Source of the DNA: Lama glama
Taxonomy: Eukaryota
NCBI GenBank assembly: GCA_028534125.1
Contig: CM052817.1
Span: forward strand, 30,630,001-30,694,000
Reading direction: 5' to 3'
Length of the DNA: 64,000 nt
Made by a program: the position numbers and the translations under genes. Positions 26,070-40,189 of the stretch are shown here, one piece after another. Every line of letters begins with the position of its first letter. Positions within the stretch are counted from its first letter, which is position 1. The notes beneath the pieces are model-generated. The model was not told the origin of the DNA. It searched no databases and worked only from the letters and a program-made list of their open reading frames with translations.

Positions 26070-26460
26070 ACATTGTCATGGTAATTAACCCTAGCTTCTA
26101 TAACCAACAACACACAGAATAATAAGATAAAAGTTTATTTCTCCCTCATGTAAGGTCCAACTTTGCTTACTCATATAAAATTCTGGATAGATTTCCTCCA
26201 AGTGCTGACTCAGGATTTGAGCTTCTTCCAGCATGTGGTTCCTCTGTCTTAGACTCCTGTTTTTCTAGCCTCATTGAATTGGGAGAAAGAGGAAAAGAAA
26301 GGAAAGCACAGTAGGAATGTAACCATCTTGGCCAAAAAGTAACCTATAACATTCTTCTTAACAATCTATTGTTCTGTGCATGTCACACACGTCACTCTAA
26401 CTTCAAGGGAGTTAGCTGCAAAAAACAATAAATGGTTTCAGAGCATCAATTAGAAAATAT
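26070..26460 (-). mobile_element. Old MLT1 (MaLR) LTR remnant
   Basis: AAAGTTTATTTCTCCCTCATGTAA...CAGG...CTTCTTCCA.C.TGTGGTTC resembles old MLT1J/K in antisense. Confidence 0.5.
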
Positions 26461-28151
26461 TGCCATTAATCGCCTGCTTTAACATCTTCTATCAATATAG
26501 TATATAAGCCAAGACTAGGCATGGACTAGCTTTGCAATATGTTTACTGTCTCTGCTTAACAAGAAAATACACCAAGATTTTTTTCTATTTATTCATTCAG
26601 CCCTTGCTTATCTTTATTCATTCCATTTTTCATTTGTCCAAGAAGTATTTTTGATCTCCTACAATGCACCATGATTTTTTGCTATTACAGCTATTTTTGC
26701 TAGAGGATGCTACCCAGCAGGGAAAATAAATGTCCAGCTAACTATAGAACTATGAGGAACATGTTTGAACAGAGGTTTTAATCAAATACTACAGCAGCTG
26801 GAGTAGTAGGGAAAACTGCATCTTAACCTTCTTGAGGCTGAGATGGGCAGACAAGCCCTGTAGTGATAAAGTTCAGCATGTAAAAGTCTTGCTTCTGTTA
26901 CACAGAAAATGGGAAAAGTTCAGCATTAATTAAATACCAAGGACCTGGTGACGGGGGAGGAGTTCAGTGAAGGAGAAACAGTATAAATAACAGGGGAAAG
27001 ATAGGGTTGTGGTTCCATATGTCCCCAAATATAGCATGTTGCCTTCAACAAAATATGAACCAGTTGCAAAGCCAAAGATTCTTTAAAAATGTTTCACACT
27101 TTGCCCTATAAAAATTCATATTCTTGGGTACTGAGTGATAAGTCAAGACTATTATTTCAATTATTTTTTCCACATCATTAAAAATGTTCAAGCTCTTTTA
27201 ATAATGATTTAACAGAAATTTTCGGAAAACCATAATCATTTGAATTGATCACTAAAGTGACATAGTGCTGACACTTAGTCAATTACAAAACTGCCTAATA
27301 ATTTTCTGAAGAAAAGGAAGAGTGAATCCAGTAATGTTCTTTACCTTCCCCTAGGTGACAAAATTTCTATTATGCAGACAATTTAATCAACAAAATGATG
27401 TTCCTTGGCTGATATGGTATGAGAGTAGAATCAGTTTTTAAACTAAGTGCTAAAATGTCCAACCTGTTATTATTAGAAATTTTACTTTTAGCTGTTTTAA
27501 AAGAGGAGATTGAGAAATACTAGAATTAATACTATTGTTTTTTACTTATGAGGTGTTTGGAAAGAGTGATGTTTGGAGTTAACTGACCTGGAATGGAATG
27601 CTAGATCTGCAATTTACAAGATGTGTGGCCTTCTGCATGTCATATAGTTTCTATTTATCTCACTATTTCTCACCTTTTAAAGAGAGTGTTGGGTTGGATT
27701 GCTAAGTTCCCTGGGGTGTTAGCACCCAGTGAGTCTAAAGGAGTGTTTGGCATCATGATTTAGATATGACACACCTGTCAGAGAAAAGTTTTATGAATCT
27801 GGCAACTGTGTAAAATTACACATACCTTCAGTGATACTTTCATAAGAATGATGCTTTATGATGGTTGCATTACTTATGTATTTACTCAAACTCCTGGGAA
27901 AATTAAAAATGAACATTTTCTTAACTGGATACTGCATGCAGTGTTACAGGGAAAAATTGAGAAAATGTGAGATAGACTTCTAAGAGATTTGTATTGTGGA
28001 AACTACTGTAGGAAGCCACCTAAGGGCTAAATCCAAAGAAATAAATAAGAAGCAATTGGAAACAAACAGGAATATAATATCTAAAATAGGAAAGAGGAGC
28101 TTGAAGCAACAAAATCAAAAAATACAAAGATTTAAAATCTAATAATGTATT

Positions 28152-28155
<4 letters not shown>

Positions 28156-28182
<27 letters not shown>
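28156..28182. repeat. (CA)n microsatellite
   Basis: AC run. Confidence 0.95.
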
Positions 28183-29187
28183 CTGACTTCTGTTTGAACA
28201 TTAACTCTGTGGAATATTGACAAGATACCTAACTTCTTGGTGACTAAGTACCCTTGTTGTGATTATTTCATGAATAGCTCCTCACTAATCTGTAAATCGA
28301 AATTTTGCACGCTGCCATATTAACACTGCTTTAGAGCCCTTGTGTGTGTTCATCTACAGATTGCTGAAAGAGGTTCAAAATTTGGTTGAAATGACTAGCT
28401 GTTCTCTCTCAAAACTCAAATAATTCATTCATTGTCAAGTTCAGATTTTAATTATTGACCTTTCTCTTTCAAACTGGAATCTCTTACCACTCTCCCTACT
28501 GCTTACCCATATTTTACTTTGTTTTTCCTGTTATAGAAAGCTGCCTTCTCTTTAACAAAGAATCACTTTTTATGTAATTAATTGTTGAATTTTTAGTGTT
28601 TCTACTTTTAGCAATAAAACACATGCCACGACAAAATAATTGTGCTAATACTGGAGATCTAAATGTTTAGAATATATTTTTCTGCATATTTTGGCTCTTT
28701 TCTGGCAATTTATCAAATTTATATACATCACTAACTTTCAAAAAGGGAAACTTTCTCTGAAAAGAAACTTTTAAGATCTTCCATTCTGATAGAGGTTTAG
28801 CTTAAAAATCTTAATGAGATGGAATCAAAATAATTTGAAACTAAAACTCTAGACCTCAAAATTTACTAACTTCGGAAAAAACAGTGCACTTCTCATCTGA
28901 CTGATGGGAGATTCATTGTGGCCTCAAGCTGGTTGACCTATCAGCAGTAATTGATACCACTGATCGTTTCTTTTTCCCTAACATGCTTTCCTATCTTGGT
29001 GGCTTTCAGGACACCAAATTCTTCTGGTTTTCTTCCTTCCTGAGGTTTCTTCTCAGTCTCTTTTTCTAGTTCCTTTCTCTCTACCTCAAACTCAAAGAGT
29101 TGAAAAGCCCTGAGAATCTTGAATTTCTTCTGTTTTCTACCTATACTCACAATGTCGGTGAAATTATGCAATCCGTGGCATCAAATG

Positions 29188-29562
29188 CTGTGTTAATTTG
29201 CTAAGATTGTCTTAACAAAATATTACAGGCTGGGTGCCTTAAACAACAGGAGTTTACTTTCTCATGGTTCTGGAGGCTGGAGATCAAGGAGATCAAGATC
29301 AAGGTGTTTGCAAGTTTGGTTCTCCTGAAGTCTCTCTCCTCAGCTTCTTGCTGTGTCCTCAACTGGCCTTTGTGTGTGTGAACTCCTGATGTCTCTTCTT
29401 CTTCTCATAAGGACACCAGTCTTATTGGGTTAGGACTCCCTCTTATAACCTTATTTAATCTTAGTTAACGCTTTAGAGTGTTGAGTCAGTCTCCAAGTAC
29501 AGTCAAGTCGAGGGCAGGGCTTCAACACAAAAATGTTGGAACACACAATTAAGTCCATAACA
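29188..29562 (-). mobile_element. MLT1 (ERVL-MaLR) solo LTR
   Basis: TAACAAAATATTACAGGCTGGGTGCCTTAAACAACAG...TTCTGGAGGCTGG...ATAAGGACACCAGTC.TATTGG...TCCATAACA. Confidence 0.8.
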
Positions 29563-29999
29563 AATACCATCTACATGTTGATGGCTTTCAACTTTATGTC
29601 TCCAGCAAGATTTCTTTGTTGACATGACACTATCCAAATATATCCAATTTAGCCTGTCCCAAACTGACTTATGACCCAAACTCCCTTTCCCCAGCTCTTC
29701 CTCGACACCCTCCTCAGCCCAGACAATGACAACTCTTTCATCTGCTCAGCTCAGAGATTTTGGTCATCCTCAATTCCTCTCTTTCCCTCACACCCCATAT
29801 CCAATCGGTCAGAAATCCCTGTTGACTCCAGTATCAAAATATATCCAGAACATGACTTCCCTTCTCATCCCCACCACCACTATCATAATTTTTCCACCTG
29901 AATTAGTGACATAACTCCTTCCATCTTGCCCTCCAGCAGTCTACATTCTAGAGTAGCTAGAGTGATTTTGTTTAAAAAAAAAAAAAAGAAAGAAAAAGA

Positions 30000-30375
30000 A
30001 AAATACTGTATGATATCACTTATATGTGGAATCTAAAAAAATAAGACACAAATGAACTTATTTACAAAACAGAAACAGACTCATAGACATAGAAAACAAA
30101 CTTATGGTTACAGAGGGAAAGTTGGTAGGGGAGGAATAAATTATGAGTTTGGGACTAGCAGATACAAACTTCTATATATAAAATAGATAAACAACAAGAT
30201 CCTACTGTATAGCACAGGGAACTATATTCAATACCTTGCGGTAACCTATAATGAAAAAGAATATGAAAACGAATATATGTATGTATATGTATGACTGAAA
30301 TGTGCTGTACATCAGAAATTGACCCAACATTGTAAACTGACTATACTTCAATTTTCAAAAAAGAAAAAATAATAA
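30000..30375 (+). mobile_element. 5'-truncated, relatively young L1 3' UTR (cetartiodactyl type)
   Basis: ATATCACTTATATGTGGAATCTAAAAAA...AGAAAACAAACTTATGGTTAC...CTGTATAGCACAGGGAACTATATTCAATA...GACTATACTTCAAT plus A tail. Confidence 0.85.
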
Positions 30376-31419
30376 AGTTGATTGTTTTCACATACACACA
30401 CAAACAAGTCAGATTATGTTATTCTTCACATCAGATTCTTCCACTGGCCTTCCACCTTACTCAGAATATATCCTGCAACTCTCTAACTCATCCCCTGTTG
30501 CTTATTCTGCCTGTCACTCTGCTCTAGCCGCGTGGCCTCCTTAAACACTCCAGGCACATTGTCACTTGTCTCCTTACCCTTGCTATTCTCTGTTGGAAAT
30601 GTTTTCCCTCACTCGGTGTACATGGCTCACTCCATCACTATCTGTCGGTCTTTACTCAGATGTCACCTTTTCAATGAGTTCTTCCTTGACCCATTTCTAA
30701 AGTTTCAGCAAACACATCCCTTCCCAGATTTTCATGCCCTGGTTTACTATTTTTCCCCTGTAACCGTCTAAATATACAGTATACTTTACATTTTTACCTT
30801 TCTTATGTTCCATTTCCCTTAGCAGAATATAAACTCCATGATGACAATGGTGTATTTTTATCTGTTAAGTTCAGAGCTGTGTACTCAGCATTTAGAATAG
30901 TGCTTGGCTCATCTTCGACATTCAATAAACATTGTTGAATTTCTTTATTTATCCATTCATTCAATAAATAGTCATTGCATAGCTATTTTGTGCCAGACAA
31001 AATTCTAGATAGGGAATATGCATTGGTGAATTAAAGAAAGTTTTTTTTCCTCACAGAGCTTTGATTTCATGGTTTTATTATAAGAATGAACATCATAGGG
31101 ATGAACACAAACATCTCAGCCACAACACTGGGCCATGTGGGGACAGAGGAAATGCTGAACCACTAGAAATAGCAGATATCATGATGAAGTTGGAAATGGA
31201 AGGCATTCATGGCAGCCCACAAATCTGGTTGTAATTTTAGTTCCTCTACAGGTGTGTAGATCTTCAATCATGTGTGGTCTTATTTCAAGTGTCCCATCCT
31301 TATTATTAGTCAACCGCTACCTCAGTCACTGCTTGTCTTCTGGGGGAATTTTTCATTATTTGTTCTTCAGCGCTTGGATATTTCACTCTCTGTGCTCCAA
31401 CTTTTCTCCATCAGAAGTA

Positions 31420-31655
31420 CTGTAGCATGGTGATTAATAATACTGGCTTTGGATTTTGATTTTCTGAATTTGAACCCTGGGTCTGTCATATTTAAGTTGG
31501 GTGACTGACTACAAGTTGCTTTTCCCATCTGTTCTTCCTTTAAAAAAATCTGAATATTACCAGAGTTTAAAGATATTAGGTGTAAATGACTAAATGTGTG
31601 AAAAAAAAGAGGTATAACAGTGCTTGACACATAGTAAGCACTAAATAAATTATAA
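31420..31655 (+). mobile_element. MIR SINE
   Basis: GTAGCATGGTGATTAA...TTTGAACCCTGG...ACAGTGCTTGACACATAGTAAGCACT.AATAAAT. Confidence 0.7.
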
Positions 31656-33999
31656 CTTGTTTTTAATTTATAATTTTTATAAGAAGTATTGCTTATTCAA
31701 AGTAACTGCTCCTCCTCATTTCATCACAGCCAGTCAATATCATGGTACCTGTCGTAGTACCTACTCTAACTCAGAAATAGTTAATTTCTGTACCTTTGCC
31801 TATAGTCTCAGAATAATTTCTGAACAATTGCTTTCCACTTCATTGCACCTAAAAGTTAGAGAATAATTTGTTTTACTGGTTTATTTGCATATCACTTAAA
31901 TTTTGTGTCTTAATTTCCTTTTTCTTGTATTGAAGTTTTGTTTTGCTGTAGTAAGCCTTAGGTAATTCTTGCTGAAAGAATTTGTAGGGGGCAAACCTTT
32001 CTCAGTCATTTTATGTCTACAAATGACTTTATATTTTCAACACAACTGAATGCTAGTTTGTGAGAGTACAGAATTAGCACTTAAAAGTCATTTTCACTCA
32101 GTTTTTAAAATCTTGCTTCGTTGATCTCTGGTACTAATCATTTGTAGATAATTTCTGATGCATAGGGCAATAAACATCTATTGGTTTTCCTCTTGTTAAA
32201 AAATGAATTTTTGATACTAAATTTGCTGATAAGAATGACAGATTATTCTCTTTTCTATGAAAATAATATTATTTCTTTTTCTTAAGAGAATTTTTGATTT
32301 ATCCAAGGTGTCCTGAAAATTCACAAGAATATGACTAATTAGTGCTGTTTAACATTCTGTGAGCTCATTCAATTATACAACTAATAAGTTTTGAAACTTC
32401 TGGGACATTGCTATTTTTTTCATTATTTACTCCTCTCATTTTCCTGTATTCTTTCCTTATGTAATTTCTGCATCTCTTTTCAATGACTCTTTATTCTGTC
32501 TTTTGCAATGTAATCTTGATAATTACTTGACTATATTATCTGGTTCACTAATAAAATCTTCAATTGTGTCATTCATCTATCAAATTTTTTTAAAATTTGT
32601 AATTACATTTCAAATTCCTAGAGCCCCAGTTTTTTTTTGTTATTATTGACTTTTATTTTTGCCTAATAGTTTATTCTTTTTCTTTGGTTTTCTCTAATCA
32701 CTTAAATATTCCTCGAGCTATCATATTTGCTTTAAAGTTGTCTTCCTTCCCACAAGGATTTAGTTTTCTGCTTGTGGAATTTATTCCTTTTCCTTCATGT
32801 TGTTGATATTTCTTAAAGATTCACTGATCTTTGATTATCTGTCCATATTTATACATGAGGGTCCATATTCACAGTATCTCATTTCTTAAGCCCAAGTTAG
32901 AATGAATCCATGTCTATGGTTAATACATTTCTAATTGCAGGCACATTCCACCTCATATTTGTTCAGCCTTAGCACAAAGTAGAAGTGACTGAAGAAAACA
33001 TTCTGTTGCTTAAAATGTTGGATGATTTAGACTTTATCTGCAAGAGGGAGGGCAGTTTTGTAAACTTGATTTCTTTACTCAGAAAATGAGTAATTATTTA
33101 ATTAACAAATTACACTGTCACTATATCATTCCACAATCAGTCCATATGTCTAGCTTTTCCAAATTTTCTTTCCAATTCCTCTTAAAATAATTGGAAGAAT
33201 TTTGATGACAACAAAGTAAAAATGATAGGTTAGCAATGTTCTGATCTCCATGCAGTAATGGTGAGTATGTATTTAATATGGGGCAGAAAAAAATAGTTTC
33301 ATTTTTCAAACATATCTCCTTTCTCTTTGTAGTCTCGTTCTTGTTCTTCCTCCTCCCTTCCATAGTTCTTCCTCCCATCACTTCACTCTTCTCACTGCAA
33401 CTGGTGTTTCATTCTCCCTGAAAAGCTGCCAGCTCCTTTATTGCCATCAACTGTGTAAGGCAAAGCCTTTGCTTATGGTTTCCAACTGCAGCTTCTCCCA
33501 AGTGCTTAACTCCGTGATGTCAAGGTCTAGCAGAAAGTCTCAATCTTTTGAGGTGTCTTCCCTGACACTCCAGGATCATATGGAATGCCCTCTTTTCATT
33601 TCTAGCTTTTCTTCGCGTTTTACACTGGTAATTTGTGTGTTTATCCTATTAGTTTTCATCTTTCATAGTTTTGAATAAATGAAGGAGCCCTAAGGCTATA
33701 TGTTTAGGTAGAAAACAGTTCATCTGGATAATCACCTGGCTATTCATAACACTTTTCCTTCAGTTAATCCCAGGCACTAAAAATTCAGTCTTTGAAGTAA
33801 ATAAGATGAAAAGTATAAATAGTTTCTACTAAAAAATATAACAGTAAAATCTCTACACATTAACACAGATATGAATGGCAACACTTTTCAATGAGAGTCT
33901 AAAGCAATATCTCCCTGGTAACAACCTTAATAGTCATTCTCTTAGATTTTCTTTTGCCCACAGAGCCACATTGGTCAACCAGAAGTCACAATGCAGTAA

Positions 34000-36900
34000 G
34001 CACTTCCAGTTTTCAGAGTGACTCTCAACAAGATTCCACTTGGGGAGCATAGGTCTGTTGTGCTTAAAGAAAAAAATCTCTAATCCTGACTTCTTCTAAA
34101 AATATAAATCACTCATAACATAGGATAAACTCTAAATGCATTTAATTACATAGGAGAATTTGCAAAAATCATGTAATTATCTCAATAGAGGTTAAAAAAA
34201 GTATTTTATGGTGGCAACATTTTTTCATAATTAATGTTGCACTGGTGAAGAGTATAGATTGTCATTAGACTATCTAAATTTGGATTCTGTCTCCATCTTT
34301 TAGTTGTTTGACCTTGGATATATTAATGAAATTTCTGTCTTTGGTATTTCATCTGTAAAACAGAACTAATTATAGTATCACTACCTTGTAAGGTATGATA
34401 AGCACTAAAACTGTCAAGTGTTTAACATAATATTGGTAAATAATAAGATAGTTAACATTTTGATGTTAACTATGCTTACTAAAGCATATAAATCAGTATT
34501 TTTAATAAAAGTCATAACTTGGAATATCTCTACTAGCATATTTTTAAATAAGAAATTATATATTTATTTGGGTAGAGTTCTCCTTAAAACAAGAAAAGAA
34601 TATCTGTATAATCACTCCAAATACTAGAAATGGTAGAAATATTGGAAATAGTAATTTGAGGAGAAACTCAAAAGAAGTATACATATGGGAAAAGAATAAA
34701 GTATGAATTTATTTACAACTATGTAATTTATAAAATTATAGCATGATGATTAAAAAGTAAAAGTAAGAAGAGGTGAAAATATACTTTGCTATGTTACACA
34801 ATATGTTTTATCCTCAAAAGTCCACATTACAATATATGAATAAGAGCTAAAAAGACTTTTTTTTATATTAGCAGCTAAAAAAATCTGTTAATATAGCCTG
34901 AAATACAAGACATTTTTTCTAAAAAAATAATAAACTTGTAGAGAATAAATTGACATAAAAAAAGAAAGGAGACTATTTCCATTAACACAGATAAAAATAT
35001 TACTTAAGTTAATTAGTAGATTTACTGTAATATCAAAGTTACACAAGATTTTATAATCTTAATAAATTAATACAGTACTTAATCTACAAAATAAAGTGTG
35101 AAAGCATAGTAAAGGACATATATTTTGATAATAGTGTGGCTACTTTACCAGAATTCAAATCTTGCTAATAGCGATAAAATAGATCATATTATAAGTGAAA
35201 TTTTGTACCTTTTGACCAGTTGTAAGATGAGCAAGTTCTGAAGATCTGATGTATAGCATGGTGATTATAGTTAATAATAATTGTATTGTATTCTTGAAAT
35301 CTGCTAAAAGCGCAGATATTAAGTGTTCTCATAACATACACACAAGAAGGTATCTATGTGAGGTGATGGATGTATTAACTTGGTTGTGGTAAGCATTTTA
35401 CAATGTATATTTATTTGAAATCATTATCATATATATTATAATCAAATGTGATGTATGTACATGATGTTAGGTTAAAACAGAAAACCTGATGTATTAAACA
35501 GTGCAAATCCCACAGATAGATTCAGAAAAGAGCACGTTGTATGGTTGTTAGTATTACAAACTATCCTTAAGATAGATTGTGGTAATGTAGCCTGCCCCCA
35601 AAGTATATGAAATTACATTTCCCCATAGCATTCATGATACTTAAGGTTAAAGCTTTTAAACATAACAAACTAGTGAAGAAAAGTGGTACTCCATATTTTT
35701 TCAAATTTGATTGCTACTGAGGTTGAAATTTTTTCATATAACTTTTGATAACTTTACGATCATTTGCTCATTTACTTATTGGGTTTCTTTATTTCTCTTA
35801 ATTGTATATATCAACACTTAAAAATATAAATTGCAAATATATCTTCCTGTTTGTCACCTACCGTTTTAATTAGTTTTTATAAAATATTTCAAATACCTAG
35901 AAATAAATAGAAGAATATTGAACATCCATATAACAAGTTTTGATTAATTTGTTTGAGACTTTTTTTCTTGGATAAGGTATTACAGATTCAGTTGAAGCCT
36001 GTTTTATATCCTGAAATCTAGTACCCTTCATATTATTATTATTGTCTATTTTTACAATATCGATCTAAATTAATATATTCTGAATTTTGAACTTAAATAT
36101 TTTTAATTGTAATGTTATCACATCTAGCTCTTTTTGTTTTGTTTTTGTTTGTTTTGGCTTAATATTTTATATTGGGATTTATTTGTGTGAAAGCATGTAG
36201 ATATTTATACATTTTGAGTATTGTATTCCATTGTGTGACTATATTTGTATTTATTTATTCCCAATAGATAAACATTTAAGTTGCTGCCAATTTTACATTA
36301 TTAAAAGCAACACTGCAATGAACATTCTTAGACTGCATGAGTACATCTCCAGGGTATGTTCCTTGAGGTGGAAATTCTGGGCCAAATGGCACATGCATCT
36401 TTGACTTTACCAGATATGTGCAAACTTCTTTACAAAGTGTTCAGGTCCATTTATATGCCTATATAAGAACATATATGAGAGTCTCTAACCAGTATTTGAC
36501 ATTCTTAAATTTTTCGTATCTGACAGATTTGAAACGGTATATCATTGTTTCAATTTGCAATTTCTCATTTAGAGTGGCTCTTTGCCCTTTTTTCTTTCTT
36601 ATTTACTTGTAGATTTTTTTTTGATAAACTCTTCACACTAATCTTTTGCTGTTAAATTTGCTGAAAACACATTCTTTCAGTGTGTGACTTGCCTTTTCAC
36701 TGTATCAATAGGGTCTTCGGATTTAAAGTTTACATTTTTAGTTAGTTATCACTATTAATCTTTCTCTGTATAGTTTATACTTTTGTTTGTCTTTAAATCT
36801 TCTCCTACACCCAAATCATAAATGTATTTCCTATGAAGTTTTTCTAAAGTTAGGAACTTCTGGTTTTATATTTGAATTATTTGTCCACCTGGAATATATT

Positions 36901-37740
36901 TTTGTGCATGTAATGAGGTAAAGAATTACTTTTTTTCCCTTTGGATAATAAAGTGTCTCCACAGCATTTATTGAGTAGCTCACCTTTTCCCACTCATCTA
37001 AAATAGAGGAATAGTTTTATGCTCTTTATTTGGTTATACATTAGAATTTTTGTTATTATTGTAATGGAGTAAGGTTTCCTATTATGTTTTTGTTTGTAAC
37101 TGCTGTGTATAAGGATACTACTAACAAGTATTAAATGTTATTTGATCTTGAAGTAGAAGGGCTTGTTTAACTCTCATTGTATTCTTATATGTTTGGAGAC
37201 TTTATTGGATTTTTTCTCTAGACAAACTTACCATGTGGAAATAATGAAGGTTTAGTTTCTTCCTTTTCTAATCTTTAAAAAAAATTGTGTTGTCTCATTG
37301 CAGTATCCTACCTGCAATATTATGTAAAATATTCCTACTTTAATGAAAGTACCTCTTAAATATTATAATTAATTACTTTTCAAGTGTATGTTTTAAAAAT
37401 AACTTTAAAATTATATATTCATCTCTAATAACATTTTCTATTAATTTTTCTGCTTTGCTCAGCATACATGCAAGAGAAAAGATGTTCAATAATCATTTAT
37501 TAAGTGATGAGTGATTATGTTATAGGTACTTATTATTTTTATGATTTTTTTTACATTTAAGTCTTTAACTCAACTGAAACTTATTTTAGCAAGAAGTATA
37601 AGGAAGTGCTTATATTTATTGTTTTCCAAAAATAGAATTTCCCTACTATTTATTGGAAAGGCTGTTATTTAGCCACTAGTTGAAAACATTAATTTTACTA
37701 TGTGCTTAGTTTTTTTTTTTTATATTGAGGTCAGTTTCTG
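34000..37740. mobile_element. Cluster of old, fragmented L1 pieces in both orientations (including an L1MA/MB-like 3' end at ~35220-35450) and a MIR at ~34240-34450
   Basis: AAGTTCTG.AGATCTGATGTATAGCATGGTGATTATAGTTAATAATA...TATGTGAGGTGATGGATGT; T-rich antisense L1 motifs across 35500-37740. Internal boundaries unresolved. Confidence 0.6.
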
Positions 37741-38188
37741 GGGAATGGAGGATAGAGTTAGGGTGAGCATTTATTTTGTCCTCACTTATGGGAAGGCAGC
37801 TGCTTAGGATTACTTCTCAACAATTATTATCAACTTTCTTACTCATATATCCAACCTGACATATCCATTTAAGTAAGACTTTAAGCCAACTGGAGGACAG
37901 GTAATAATGGGTTAACTATGACTGCAGAGTCTCATACTTGCTGGGCACAAAACAGGTGCTAAATAAATCTGATTGAAGTAAGACCGAATGGAAGTGGACT
38001 TTAGTTATATTCTTAAACAATACATGAAAATATGTATTTTTAAACAAAATCTCCACTAGTCCTCCCTTTAAAGTGTGCTGTGTGCATTAAAGCTACACAG
38101 CATCTCTGAAATCACTTTTTAATAAACAGCTTTAGCTTGGACTCAGTATTTACAAGAATAAATGAATGAGCAGAACTAATTTGAAAGT

Positions 38189-38481
38189 GATAAGAGATTC
38201 CTTCCACTGACATCACCACCTCACTGCCCACCCCTACCCCTAGCGTGTGCATCCACGCTCGCGCACATGCGCGCACACACACACAGACAATTCAGCACAT
38301 CCAAAAGAAACGACCAAGCGAACAAAAATCCTAGTTCAGACAAACTGTGGAGTTGAGGCTGATGAACGGAGATGAAGAGGATTCACTAGAAAGGTTAATG
38401 CTGATTAACTGGAGGCTGTTGGCTAAATGTGGTGACAACAGATTTTCAGATGTTTTAAAGTTGGGACCAGGAAGAGGAGGT
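38189..38481 (+). repeat. Copy A of a ~295-bp local direct duplication (partner at 53220-53515)
   Basis: Manual alignment gives about 17 substitutions and 2 small indels (~93% identity). Confidence 0.95.
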
Positions 38482-40189
38482 AAAGCCATCCATCATTTTC
38501 AAGTTTGATCCCAATTCAAAGTAGCAATTCAAGGCTGCTTACTCTAAATTCTTATCAATAATCATGTTCACTAAGAATATATGTAAGTTTTCTTGATCTT
38601 GAGACACTTCCATCCTAGTTAGATGAAAATTTTTTGTTCCCCTAAGAGTTGTCAGGAGAGGATGAGAGGATGACCAATGGCTCTCAGGAGCAACTTTCAC
38701 AAAAAAAAAAAAAAAAAAAAGGGAAATTGAGTTGATTCTTCAAGGAGGGAAGATCTTATTTAAGAGGACTGATTGGGGGAAAAATGAGCAACTTTACAGA
38801 GGAAGTAACCATTGGCTTTTTCAAGGCATAACAAATCTCATACTGTTTCTGGAGCTGTGATGTTTAAAATTCTTTCAATTATTTAGTTATTTCTCTGTAT
38901 TATTTTGAATTTATTTTTCCCAATTAACTCCAAAAATTATTCAAGACAACTTACGCACTGTGTATATTTTGTGCAACATATCTGTTTCTAAATTAGTGAC
39001 AGAAGAAAATTAAATTTAAAATTCTAAGGCATCAGAGAGAAATGCAATACATCAAAATGCTGATCATTAAGATCTTAAATAATGATTAAAGCTGAATTGT
39101 ACCTATAATTCTTTGATTCCTTGTGGCTAAAGCAAATAAGGAAGTGAATGAATTTTAGGATCTCTATTGCCCATAAGATACAAGCTTTCAGGAAATGAAA
39201 TACTTTTCAGAGCACTAGGATCTGGGAAATTTTTTCTCCCAAAGGTCTTCACACATCAGATACTGAGTGATACATTGGCTCCATCCTCAATAGCATCCTA
39301 ATAATAGATGTGATCATAAATACGGCTTCTTGTAGTACCCTTCCACGTAAGTGGAGGGCATAATTTAAAAGCCACATTGAGTAAAACTGATCCCAACTGA
39401 GGCATGCTAAACATTAGGATTCAAGTATACAAAGTCACCAATAGTCTTAATTCTGGAATAAAATCTTGACTCATTGGCAAGCACTGTTGAATAAAATCCT
39501 GGTTGTTATTCAAAAAGAATTATGATCAACTGGAAAACATATATCCCAATAAAGGCTGTATAGATTAAACAAACATAGTAAACACCAAACAGATACATCG
39601 TTTGTGATTTGAATTTATTTACCAAGGGTGATGATTTGCAACCTCCAATGGTTGGACCAGTTGACAAACTGCATGTGGAAGGGGCTCTCTATTCTGTTTT
39701 TTTTTTTTTTCCACTGTTGGATCGCCAACTGTTAGCATAGTATCTGACACTTAGTAAATAAATATTTGAAAAATAAATGAATGAACTAGTGAACAAAGTA
39801 AACCTCTATGTATTTCATTCTCTCCAGTGTAACTTTAGCAAAGAGCTGTGGAGCATAGAGAGGTACTGTGCTTCAGCAAAGACCTGAAGCATAAATAAAT
39901 CTCTTTTACTCCTTAAGAGGAGATCAGTATGAATTAAAGAGAGGTAGACCTGACATACTTTTAAGAAAATTAAGAAACCTGATTGAGTTAACATTGGCCC
40001 AGGAAGAAATGGCCACAATGTTTAAGGTTGTTGTGAGGCTCCAATGAGAAAATGAAATTGATGTATATGTAGAATGTCAAGATCTACACATGTGCAAGTG
40101 TTTGTACAATTCTTTAAGCACCTTTCAAAAGTCTCCACGTCCTGACCTTTTCAACTCTTTGATGTCTCCTTTATACTTCTGAAATCTTG

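Larger units (their letters stand above)
28930..30965 (+). mobile_element. L2 LINE fragment interrupted by an MLT1 LTR and an L1 3' end
   Basis: L2 body motifs resume after each insertion; ends GAATAGTGCTTGGC...TCAATAAACATTGTTGAAT. Confidence 0.7.
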
